Below are positions 8,312 to 15,073 of a stretch of 15,652 bases of DNA, piece after piece (positions within the stretch are counted from its first letter, which is position 1; each line of letters starts with the position of its first letter). Source of the stretch: an uncultured bacterium (GTDB lineage Bacteria; Nitrospirota; Thermodesulfovibrionia; Thermodesulfovibrionales; JdFR-86). The stretch spans positions 1-15,652 of the forward strand of contig CBDVCR010000071.1 in assembly GCA_965372535.1 (NCBI GenBank), read 5' to 3'. A program made the translations under genes and the position numbers. The notes beneath the pieces are model-generated. The model saw nothing but the letters and a program-made list of their open reading frames with translations, searched no databases and was not told where the DNA came from.

Positions 8312-9481
8312 TTACCCCCCTTTTTCGGGCGCGTACCGAAACACCGCGGCCAGCGGCGCATCCACCGGCATTTTTTCGCGGGCAACAGCGTAAACAGTCC
8401 CGCGGTTTAGAAGCGTTCGGACCGCGGCCAGGTCCAGGAGGTCCTCCTTTTCAGGACCTTCTTCGGGTTCAAGGCTCACCGTGTCTGTTTCGGGGTCGTA
8501 TCTGCCCCACTCTTGCTCGCCAGAAGCGGCAAACAGCACATCTACACTTCCGGCGGAAGCGGCCGGGACAACGACGTTTATGTCCGTAGAAGCATGCCCG
8601 GTGCCCAGAAGCTCCCTGCAGCGCGCCGCAGCCTCCTCGCGGGCCTTGAGAAAAAGGGGCTCCACCACGGCCCATGCCTCCTTGTGCAGACGTTCCGCGC
8701 CCGCCCTTTCCGGGTTGCCCGCCACCCCCCTGTCAACGAGATAGGGGTATGTGTTCGCCTCCCGGTATATCGCGTTGATATACTCGACGCCCGCCAGGAC
8801 CAGGAACGAGTGTTCTTCCTTGAGAAGTTCGTGCAGGCCCCTGTCTACATGGCGGCAGAATCTCAGTACAGCGTCCTTTTCGTCATCCACGCCGACACCG
8901 TGGCCGTGGAACATGGCGGGCCGCTGCCGCATTCCCCCTCCCGTGCCCGTATGAAACTGGAGCTGTTTCTGAGGGTCGTCGTATTTCAGGGCGTCGGCAA
9001 GGCTTTTCGGTACGTCTTTAAGAGACGCCTCGGCCATGCTGTATCGGGAGCCCTGAAACAACCTGACCCCGTTCTGGCTTAGCGCAAGGAGATAGAATCG
9101 CCCGTCCCCGCTGAACAGGGGGAGCAGCGGCTTGAGGTGGAAACGCCGGCCCGGGACAAGCAGTTCTTCAAAGCTCATGGGAAGACGGTAACGGCGGAAT
9201 TCCCCGGCCGAGGCGAACACGGCCAGCCCATCGCTCCTGTGCTCCCAGAAATCCCTGTCGCCCAACAGCATGTGGCCGGGCCTCAGCATCTCTCCGGCCT
9301 CGGCGGAGCGGAGGCCGCCTTCCAGCAGAAGCCCTTCGGCCCGCGAGAGCAGATTTTTGAACCTTACCGGGTCCTGCTCCGCCCCGCCGCCCGTCCTGTG
9401 CGTGGGCATGTAAATCGATATGCATCGGCCGCCGCTTCCTCCCGCAAGCGCCCTCAGGTCATTGATTCCCAGCATATCCAT
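8312..9481 (-). CDS. Probable bacterial archaeo-eukaryotic release factor (baeRF, eRF1-like) family protein
   Basis: 389-aa ORF: CISIYMPTHRTGGGAEQDPVRFKNLLSRAEGLL, RPGHMLLGDRDFWEHRSDGLAVFASAGEFRRYRLP, VPGRRFHLKPLLPLFSGDGRFYLLALSQNGVRLFQGSRYSM, C-terminal LNRGTVYAVAREKMPVDAPLAAVFRY. Confidence 0.75.
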   Translation of the reverse strand: MDMLGINDLRALAGGSGGRCISIYMPTHRTGGGAEQDPVRFKNLLSRAEGLLLEGGLRSAEAGEMLRPGHMLLGDRDFWEHRSDGLAVFASAGEFRRYRLPMSFEELLVPGRRFHLKPLLPLFSGDGRFYLLALSQNGVRLFQGSRYSMAEASLKDVPKSLADALKYDDPQKQLQFHTGTGGGMRQRPAMFHGHGVGVDDEKDAVLRFCRHVDRGLHELLKEEHSFLVLAGVEYINAIYREANTYPYLVDRGVAGNPERAGAERLHKEAWAVVEPLFLKAREEAAARCRELLGTGHASTDINVVVPAASAGSVDVLFAASGEQEWGRYDPETDTVSLEPEEGPEKEDLLDLAAVRTLLNRGTVYAVAREKMPVDAPLAAVFRYAPEKGG

Positions 9482-9683
9482 AATCCGCCCGCCCTTCCGC
9501 TCGATAACAGCACTGTCTTTTCTAACTCTATCACCTTTTAAGCAACTTTATAAGCACCCGCCAGCAGCGGTGTCCTCCGGAGCAAATGCCACGCCAGACT
9601 CATAACCCGGATATTGCACGAGTCCGGTTTGCCTCGGACGCAAGGCGCGCGGGACGCGAAGGAGGACATCCATGATAAGTAAA

Positions 9684-9710
9684 CGAGCATCGCACCTTGC
9701 GCGGTGCTCG
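9684..9710. other. 10-bp hairpin in the divergent intergenic region upstream of the motor-like operon
   Basis: CGAGCATCGC-accttgc-GCGGTGCTCG, fully paired with one G-U wobble. Confidence 0.65.
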
Positions 9711-9719
9711 TCTTCGCGG

Positions 9720-9757
9720 GCGGGGCATCTCTGTCAATCACTGCTTGAGCGCCCCGC
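9720..9757. other. 7-bp G+C inverted repeat, 24-nt loop
   Basis: GCGGGGC (9720-9726) / GCCCCGC (9751-9757). Confidence 0.45.
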
Positions 9758-9848
9758 GCTCTGAGGCGACCTCTCACTGACGGAAAACGGCGCCGTCTCG
9801 ATGTTTGCTGCAGGGGGCCGAGGCATATTTTTTTTACCTCGATAGATT

Positions 9849-9857
9849 TGTTATACT
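9849..9857 (+). promoter_or_regulatory. Possible extended -10 promoter element for the motor-like operon
   Basis: TGtTATACT at 9849-9857, 26 nt before the ATG at 9884; no convincing -35, which is common for extended -10 promoters. Confidence 0.4.
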
Positions 9858-9883
9858 TATTCATCTTACTTAAGGAGTTTCGA

Positions 9884-11275
9884 ATGTCCCGGTTAAAACT
9901 CATAGGTTCAGCTCTGACGGTATGCGCTCTGGTGCTGATGCGGCCCGCTCCCGGTGCGGCGATAAGCGAAACGAGCGACGAATATTCCTTCAAAATCACT
10001 GTCGAAACCCACCTCGGGGAGCACCTCAAGTCCGTGCTCACGGACATCGCCGGCTCCGACGACATCATCGTCATAGTCAACGCGGAGGTGGAAACCGACA
10101 AGAAGAGCAAGAAGAAAAAGCGTAAAAAACCCCAGGGCCTCGTGCTTCCCGGCGTCCCGGTTAAGAAGGAAATCGGCAAGAGCGCGGACGAGGCAATGGC
10201 CATTGCAAGCATGGTGCGGAGGCTTGAGGTGGAAATCCTGGTGGACAACGACATTTCCGAGTCCCTCACCCAACTCGCCCACGACATCGCCATCTCCGTC
10301 ATCGGATACGACCCCGACCGGGGCGACAGGCTCACCATCAGGCGAATTGAGTTCGGAAACAAGGGATTTAAGTGGGCCTCGATGTTTTACCCGCCCCACC
10401 TGTACTGGCTTGTTACGCTTATAGCGGGCGGCTTCTTCCTGGTGTCGGCGGCCATGTTCTTCATGGACCCGTTCAAGAAACTGCCGCCCGCCGTGGGAAA
10501 CGTAAACTGGGACGTCATACTCAAGAACCCGGAGAATAAGATGTTCGGCGGAGGCCCGGCAGGCGCGCCGGCAGCGGCCCGGACAGCCAAGGCGGAAACC
10601 ATGGCCGGCAGCGGCGACCCGTTGCCCTTCGGGTTCATAAAAGACGGCCACGTCCCCGACCTGGCCTTCCTGCTTTCGGAAAGCCCTGCCGGGGACATCG
10701 CCATCGTGGCCAACTACCTGGAGCCGGACCTCTCCGCAGGGCTTCTTGAGTCCTTCCCCCCGGAGACCTATGCCGAGGTCGTACTCAAGCTTAAGGACAC
10801 CGCCGAGGCCGGCCCCGAAAGGGTGAAAGCCCTGGAGGAGTCCATCAGGGAGCGCCTGGACTACGTGGTGGGCGGCGACGACAAACTTGCTTCCGTCCTC
10901 AACCTTGCCGAGGGCGAGGTCAGGGACAAGGTGCTCCAAAAGCTCGAAGAGGAGGACCCGGAGGCCGTCGCCCGCCTGAGGCCGAAGATAAAGACCTTCG
11001 AGTCCATGCTGAGGTCCATGAAGCCCAATGTCCTTCAGGCCCTTTTCAGGCAGCTCGACACCACGGTGTTCGCCCGCGTCCTGAAGTCCTCCTCGGCCGA
11101 CATACAGACCAGGGTGCTGGAGTCGCTGAGCGAAGGGGCCGCCGAACTCCTGCGGGAGGAGATGGAACTGAGCCGTCCCCTGAGCGCCGCGCGCCTTAAG
11201 AAGGAAAAGCAGAACATCGCGGCCACCGTCATGCGGATGGCGAGTGTGGGCGTCATAGAGGAGGAAGACATCTGA
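9884..11275 (+). CDS. FliG-like protein with an N-terminal signal/TM and FliF-like periplasmic segment (FliF-FliG-type fusion)
   Basis: AAGGAG SD then ATG at 9884 (ORF track starts at an upstream TTG). Signal-like MSRLKLIGSALTVCALVLMRPAPGAA; FliF-like VRRLEVEILVDNDISESLTQLAHDIAISVIGYDPDRGDRLTIRRIEF; TM HLYWLVTLIAGGFFLVSAAMFF; C-terminal FliG-like LRSMKPNVLQALFRQLDTTVFARVLKSSSADIQTRVLESLSEGAAELLREEMELSRPLSAARLKKEKQNIAATVMRMASVGVI. Confidence 0.8.
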   Translation: MSRLKLIGSALTVCALVLMRPAPGAAISETSDEYSFKITVETHLGEHLKSVLTDIAGSDDIIVIVNAEVETDKKSKKKKRKKPQGLVLPGVPVKKEIGKSADEAMAIASMVRRLEVEILVDNDISESLTQLAHDIAISVIGYDPDRGDRLTIRRIEFGNKGFKWASMFYPPHLYWLVTLIAGGFFLVSAAMFFMDPFKKLPPAVGNVNWDVILKNPENKMFGGGPAGAPAAARTAKAETMAGSGDPLPFGFIKDGHVPDLAFLLSESPAGDIAIVANYLEPDLSAGLLESFPPETYAEVVLKLKDTAEAGPERVKALEESIRERLDYVVGGDDKLASVLNLAEGEVRDKVLQKLEEEDPEAVARLRPKIKTFESMLRSMKPNVLQALFRQLDTTVFARVLKSSSADIQTRVLESLSEGAAELLREEMELSRPLSAARLKKEKQNIAATVMRMASVGVIEEEDI

Positions 11276-11276
11276 G

Positions 11277-12059
11277 ATGGACTTTATGACCGTTTTCGGC
11301 CTTCTGATGGGCGGCGCGACCATGTTCTTCGTCATGGCCGAGGGGAATATCCTGAACATGATAATCAACCCCCTGGCTTTCATCCTGGTGTTCGGAGGCA
11401 CTTTCAGCGCCACGCTCATCTCCTATCCCTGGGACATCGTAAGGCGGATAATCCCTTCCCTGAAAACGATGTTCGTAAAAACCGGAAACGGCAGCGAGCA
11501 CCGGGAGGACCTCATAGAGCAGATTACCAGGCTGGCCGAGAAGGCCCGCCGCCAGAATATCGAGAGCCTTCAGGAGGACGTGGCTTCCATAAACGACGGT
11601 TTTCTGGCCTACGGCATCCAGATGGTGCTGGACGGCCTCGAGCACGAAGTCGTGAAGGACAACCTGGAAAAGGAGATACTTTTCACTCAGCGCTCCCGGC
11701 GCAAGGTCAGCGACGCGTTCCGCACCATGGCCACCTTAGCGCCCATTTTCGGGCTGCTGGGGACCCTCATCGGCGTGGTGCAGGTGCTCAGGAACCTCTC
11801 GGACCCCACCAGCATGGGCGAGGCCATGGCCATCGCCATAACCACCACCTTCTACGGCATTTTCGCGGCCAATTTTCTCTTTCTGCCCGCCGCCATAAAG
11901 CTCAACGAGAACAACGAAGACGAAGTGATGAACTGGCAGATTGCGGCCGAGGGCATATTGTCCATCCAGCAGGGCGACCTCCCGCTGATAGTGAGGAAAA
12001 AACTCAACGCTTTCCTGCTTAAAAGCCTCGGCCGCGAAGGTGGGACCCGAAAAGACTGA
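11277..12059 (+). CDS. motA: MotA-family stator / ion channel protein
   Basis: 260-aa ORF: NPLAFILVFGGTFSATLISYP, FRTMATLAPIFGLLGTLIGVVQVLRNLSDPTSMGEAMAIAITTTFYGIFAANFLFLPAAIKL, typical MotA TM3-TM4 signature with both prolines. Confidence 0.93.
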   Translation: MDFMTVFGLLMGGATMFFVMAEGNILNMIINPLAFILVFGGTFSATLISYPWDIVRRIIPSLKTMFVKTGNGSEHREDLIEQITRLAEKARRQNIESLQEDVASINDGFLAYGIQMVLDGLEHEVVKDNLEKEILFTQRSRRKVSDAFRTMATLAPIFGLLGTLIGVVQVLRNLSDPTSMGEAMAIAITTTFYGIFAANFLFLPAAIKLNENNEDEVMNWQIAAEGILSIQQGDLPLIVRKKLNAFLLKSLGREGGTRKD

Positions 12060-12724
12060 TGAAGCTGTTCATCCCGGAAAACAGGAGGCGTGGGGGCGCG
12101 CTTTGGCTTGTCATATTTTCCGACCTTTCGACGAACCTCATGCTCTTTTTCCTTATTCTCTTCGCCATGACCAGGATGAGTGCCGCCGAGCGCGAGACGG
12201 TGATAGAGGGCATGCAGCGGGCGACCTCCAACCAGGCCGCCCTTGAGGAGCGGGCTTTGAAAAAACAGAAGGAAAAAAACGCCATAAGGACGCTCGAGGA
12301 CACCATTGCCTACGGCAGGCTGAAGAAATACACGAACCTCTCCGTGGGCGACGATAAAATCAAGCTGACCATAGAACTGCCGTTTTTCTTCGCCACCGGG
12401 AGCGCGGAAATCAACGCCGCCGCCCGTCCGGCCCTCAAAAGCCTCGTGATCCCCATTAAAGAGTTCCCCAACGACATAATCATAGAGGGCCATACCGACA
12501 ACGTGCCCATGACTGCGGGCCACAGGTACGGCTCGAACTGGGAGCTCTCGGTGGCCCGCGCCGTCAGCGTTATAAACTTCTTCAAGGAAAAGGGGGTCAA
12601 CCCCGCAAAGCTGGTCTCGGGCGGCTACGGGGAGTACCACCCGGCGTTTCCGAACGACACCCCCCGGAACAGGGCGAAAAACAGGCGCATAGAAATCACC
12701 ATTCTCCGGCAACCTGCGGTGTAG
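12059..12724 (+). CDS. motB: MotB-like / OmpA-domain stator protein with conserved TM aspartate
   Basis: WLVIFSDLSTNLMLFFLILFAM TM with Asp; OmpA-like domain IIIEGHTDNVPMTAGHRYGSNWELSVARAVSVINFFKEKGVNPAKLVSGGYGEYHP...NRAKNRRIEITI. Start ATG overlaps the motA TGA. Confidence 0.9.
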   Translation: MKLFIPENRRRGGALWLVIFSDLSTNLMLFFLILFAMTRMSAAERETVIEGMQRATSNQAALEERALKKQKEKNAIRTLEDTIAYGRLKKYTNLSVGDDKIKLTIELPFFFATGSAEINAAARPALKSLVIPIKEFPNDIIIEGHTDNVPMTAGHRYGSNWELSVARAVSVINFFKEKGVNPAKLVSGGYGEYHPAFPNDTPRNRAKNRRIEITILRQPAV

Positions 12725-12730
12725 GGCAAA

Positions 12731-13381
12731 GTGGCGCTCCACCGAAAAGTACTCAACATCCTCGTAGGGGGAAGGCCGGAGCCCATGAGCTGGCTGCTCC
12801 CCCACAGCACCCTTATGCTCGTCCTGATGATACTGTTCGTGGCCCTGTTCAGTTACTCCTACCTGAACTCGGTCGAGTACGAGTCCGCCCTTGTAGACCT
12901 GGAGACGCCGAAGGCCGAGTTGAGCCCTTCCAAAAGGGAAATCCACCTCGCCAAGAGCATCAGGAAGTTCATCGAAGACATGGGCATGGAGGGCGTCGCC
13001 AGCGTTAACGTGACTCCCCACGCCATAAAGCTCAAGCTTTCAAGCCCCGTGATGTTCGAAAGCGGGAGCGCCGAGCTTACGCCCTTCATCATGCCCATGC
13101 TTGTGGAACTCCTCAGGCACCTGAGGGACATGGAAAACACCATAATCGTGGAGGGACACACCGACAACGTGCCCATACACAGCGCCCTTTACCGCTCCAA
13201 CTGGGAGCTCTCGGCCGCAAGGGCCTTCAGCATAATATATTTTTATATAAAGAGAGACATCGAGCCGGAACGCCTCATCGCCCACGGCTACGGAGAGCAC
13301 AGGCCGTTTTACTCCAACGAGAGCGAGTTCGGGCGCGCCATGAACCGGCGGATAGAGATAACAATCGTAAGGGGAGGATAA
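12731..13381 (+). CDS. Second MotB-like / OmpA-domain protein, apparently lacking the TM aspartate; GTG start
   Basis: WLLPHSTLMLVLMILFVALFSYSYLN TM; OmpA-like domain FESGSAELTPFIMPMLVELLRHLRDMENTIIVEGHTDNVPIHSALYRSNWELSAARAFSIIYFYIKRDIEPERLIAHGYGEHRPF...GRAMNRRIEITIVRGG. Confidence 0.88.
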   Translation: MALHRKVLNILVGGRPEPMSWLLPHSTLMLVLMILFVALFSYSYLNSVEYESALVDLETPKAELSPSKREIHLAKSIRKFIEDMGMEGVASVNVTPHAIKLKLSSPVMFESGSAELTPFIMPMLVELLRHLRDMENTIIVEGHTDNVPIHSALYRSNWELSAARAFSIIYFYIKRDIEPERLIAHGYGEHRPFYSNESEFGRAMNRRIEITIVRGG

Positions 13382-13382
13382 A

Positions 13383-14684
13383 GTGAAGGCAGCACTTGCA
13401 GCCGTATTAACAATGCTCCTGCTTTCCTGGGCGGCGCCGGCCGCCACGGCCCGGGAGACAGGGGGAAAAGCCGGGAAGGCGCGGGACATGGCCGTGAGCC
13501 TCTTCAACCAGGGCAAATACGAGGAGGCCCTTCCACTGTTGAAAGAGATTCTCTCGGAAAACCCCGACGACAAGGTCGCACAGAGGTACCTGCTTATTTA
13601 CAATCAGCAGGTCGTCGAGCCCTACTGCAGGCAGGCGGCCCAGTCCTACTTTGCCGGAGACTACCCTTCCGCGGTCACCCAGTGGGAGAAAATCCTCCGG
13701 ATAAACCCCAACGACATGCGCGTCCGGAAGCTCCTGGACAGGACGATTACCGTCTCCAACCAGGAAGCCCTGGACTCCCTCTACTCCAACGTGACCACGC
13801 TTATGAAGGACAGTAGATACGCCCTGGCAGCGGGCGAACTCGAAAAAATCCTCCAGATAAGGCCCCTTGAGCAGCGGGCGCATGAACTGCTGTCCATAGT
13901 GCGCCGCACCCTTACGGACAGCGCCGTTAAAGAGCTATACGAAAAAGCCAACCAGTATTTCGAGCAGAAGGAATACGACCTCGCCATCGAGCAGTGGCGG
14001 AAGATACTGGAGGTAGACCCGGGCCAGGACCTGGCCTCCCGGCAGATTGCCACCGTGCACCGCCGAAAGCTCGACAAGATGTACACCACAGCCGAACGGC
14101 TCTACCTCGAAGGCGACCTCGCCGCCTCCCGCGACCTCTACAGCAATATTCTTTCCGAAAACCCCACCGACCTTTCCATTAAAAAAACCATAGACCGCCT
14201 CAACGGGACGATAAACATCGTGCCCAGGCTTACTGAGGAGGGGAAGGTCTGGGACGTGCTCAGAAAGGGCGTCGCCCACCACGTCTCGGAGGACGGAAAC
14301 CCCAGGGTGGCCGTTGCCGCCGCCTGGTATGCCGTGCAGCTTGAGCCGGAAAACGCCACGATACTGGCGCTCATGGACCACATGGAGCGGGAAAACTTCG
14401 CCGTCGTCCGCACAATGGCGCCCCCGGTGGACGAGATGAACGTCGTGGACCAGTACCTTTTCACCGCCCTCAACAACATCTACGAGGGCCGCTACGACCT
14501 GGCCGTCCAGGAGTGCGGGATTGTGCTCGAACTCGAGCCGGAAAACATCCTGGCCATGAAGCGCCTGGGCTCGGCCTACTACGCCCTCGGCAGAGCGGGC
14601 AAGGCCAAGAAAGCCTGGCAGAAGGCGCTCAGGCTCTCGCCCAACGACAGCGAACTCAAGGGCTTCATAAAACAGCTCCGGTAA
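13383..14684 (+). CDS. Exported TPR-repeat protein; GTG start
   Basis: Signal-like MKAALAAVLTMLLLSWAAPAATA; repeated TPR units (FNQGKYEEALPLLKEILSENPDD, YFAGDYPSAVTQWEKILRINPND, YFEQKEYDLAIEQWRKILEVDPG, IYEGRYDLAVQECGIVLELEPENILAMKRLGSAYYALGRAGKAKKAWQKALRLSPND). GGAGG SD. Confidence 0.88.
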   Translation: MKAALAAVLTMLLLSWAAPAATARETGGKAGKARDMAVSLFNQGKYEEALPLLKEILSENPDDKVAQRYLLIYNQQVVEPYCRQAAQSYFAGDYPSAVTQWEKILRINPNDMRVRKLLDRTITVSNQEALDSLYSNVTTLMKDSRYALAAGELEKILQIRPLEQRAHELLSIVRRTLTDSAVKELYEKANQYFEQKEYDLAIEQWRKILEVDPGQDLASRQIATVHRRKLDKMYTTAERLYLEGDLAASRDLYSNILSENPTDLSIKKTIDRLNGTINIVPRLTEEGKVWDVLRKGVAHHVSEDGNPRVAVAAAWYAVQLEPENATILALMDHMERENFAVVRTMAPPVDEMNVVDQYLFTALNNIYEGRYDLAVQECGIVLELEPENILAMKRLGSAYYALGRAGKAKKAWQKALRLSPNDSELKGFIKQLR

Positions 14685-14874
14685 GGGGCTCGCCGCCCAG
14701 GAGGTCGATTTCCGCGACGCCGATTTCAAGGAGGGTTTCAGCGAGCTTTTCAAAATCCCCGATTTCGATATCCGCATGTGCCTCTACTCCCCGGGTAAAG
14801 CAGAAACCGCACGCCCGGTCGCAGCGCAGGGTGGGGTAGAGCTGGACGAAACGGGGCCTGCCGGGCGTTGTCAT
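14685..14874 (-). pseudogene. Truncated N-terminal fragment of a radical SAM protein
   Basis: Minus-strand MTTPGRPRFVQLYPTLRCDRACGFCFTRGVEAHADIEIGDFEKLAETLLEIGVAEIDLLGGEP: CxxxCxxC cluster motif and GGEP motif, then reading frame runs into the end of the TPR gene and stops at 14665; rest of the protein is absent. Confidence 0.72.
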
Positions 14875-14899
14875 GTGTTATTATCGTGAAAGGCATCGC

Positions 14900-14935
14900 A
14901 AAAAGTAAAAGGGTTGCGGGAGCAACCCGCAACCC
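14900..14935 (-). terminator. Strong stem-loop with T-rich tail (Rho-independent terminator, minus direction)
   Basis: GGGTTGCGGG (14911-14920) agcaa CCCGCAACCC (14926-14935), perfect 10-bp stem; on the minus strand followed by TTTTACTTTTT. Confidence 0.7.
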
Positions 14936-14946
14936 CTTGATATCTT

Positions 14947-15060
14947 ATGGTGGCGCTGAGCGGGCTCAAGGAACTCTTGAACCACAAGACGCTGAATATG
15001 ACTCTCTGATATGCTTATCCGGCTCCGAGCCACAAGGTCAAGTGTGGGGGTGCTGAATTA
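14947..15060 (+). pseudogene. Remnant of a tyrosine recombinase / phage integrase C-terminus
   Basis: Plus-frame reading: MVALSGLKELLNHKTLNMTL*YAYPAPSHKVKCGGAEL, resembling the family box xLLGHKTLxMTLRYAHLxPxHK with the Arg codon as TGA; upstream frame is closed. Confidence 0.72.
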
Positions 15061-15073
15061 TGTATAATTTTAC

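Noticed and set aside
11852-13021. 389-aa minus-strand ORF, and the 503-aa minus-strand ORF at 9908-11419
   Set aside because: Both are antisense to motA/motB-like and FliG-like genes with strong family motifs; shadow ORFs in high-GC DNA.
11277-13381. Tol-Pal or ExbBD-TonB energising complex
   Set aside because: The channel subunits have MotA-type TM3-TM4 and MotB-type TM plus fused OmpA domains; no TolB, Pal, TolA or TonB gene neighbours.
9884-14684. Zorya anti-phage system (ZorAB are MotAB-like)
   Set aside because: No ZorC, ZorD helicase/nuclease or ZorE HNH-like gene is present; instead there is a FliG/FliF-like protein, a second MotB and a TPR protein. MotB OmpA domains are conventional.
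14936-14970. tRNA 3'-end-like sequence on the minus strand (...AGCGCCACCA)
   Set aside because: No T-arm consensus (GGTTCRANTCC) or cloverleaf could be fitted; the plus-strand integrase reading explains the sequence better.
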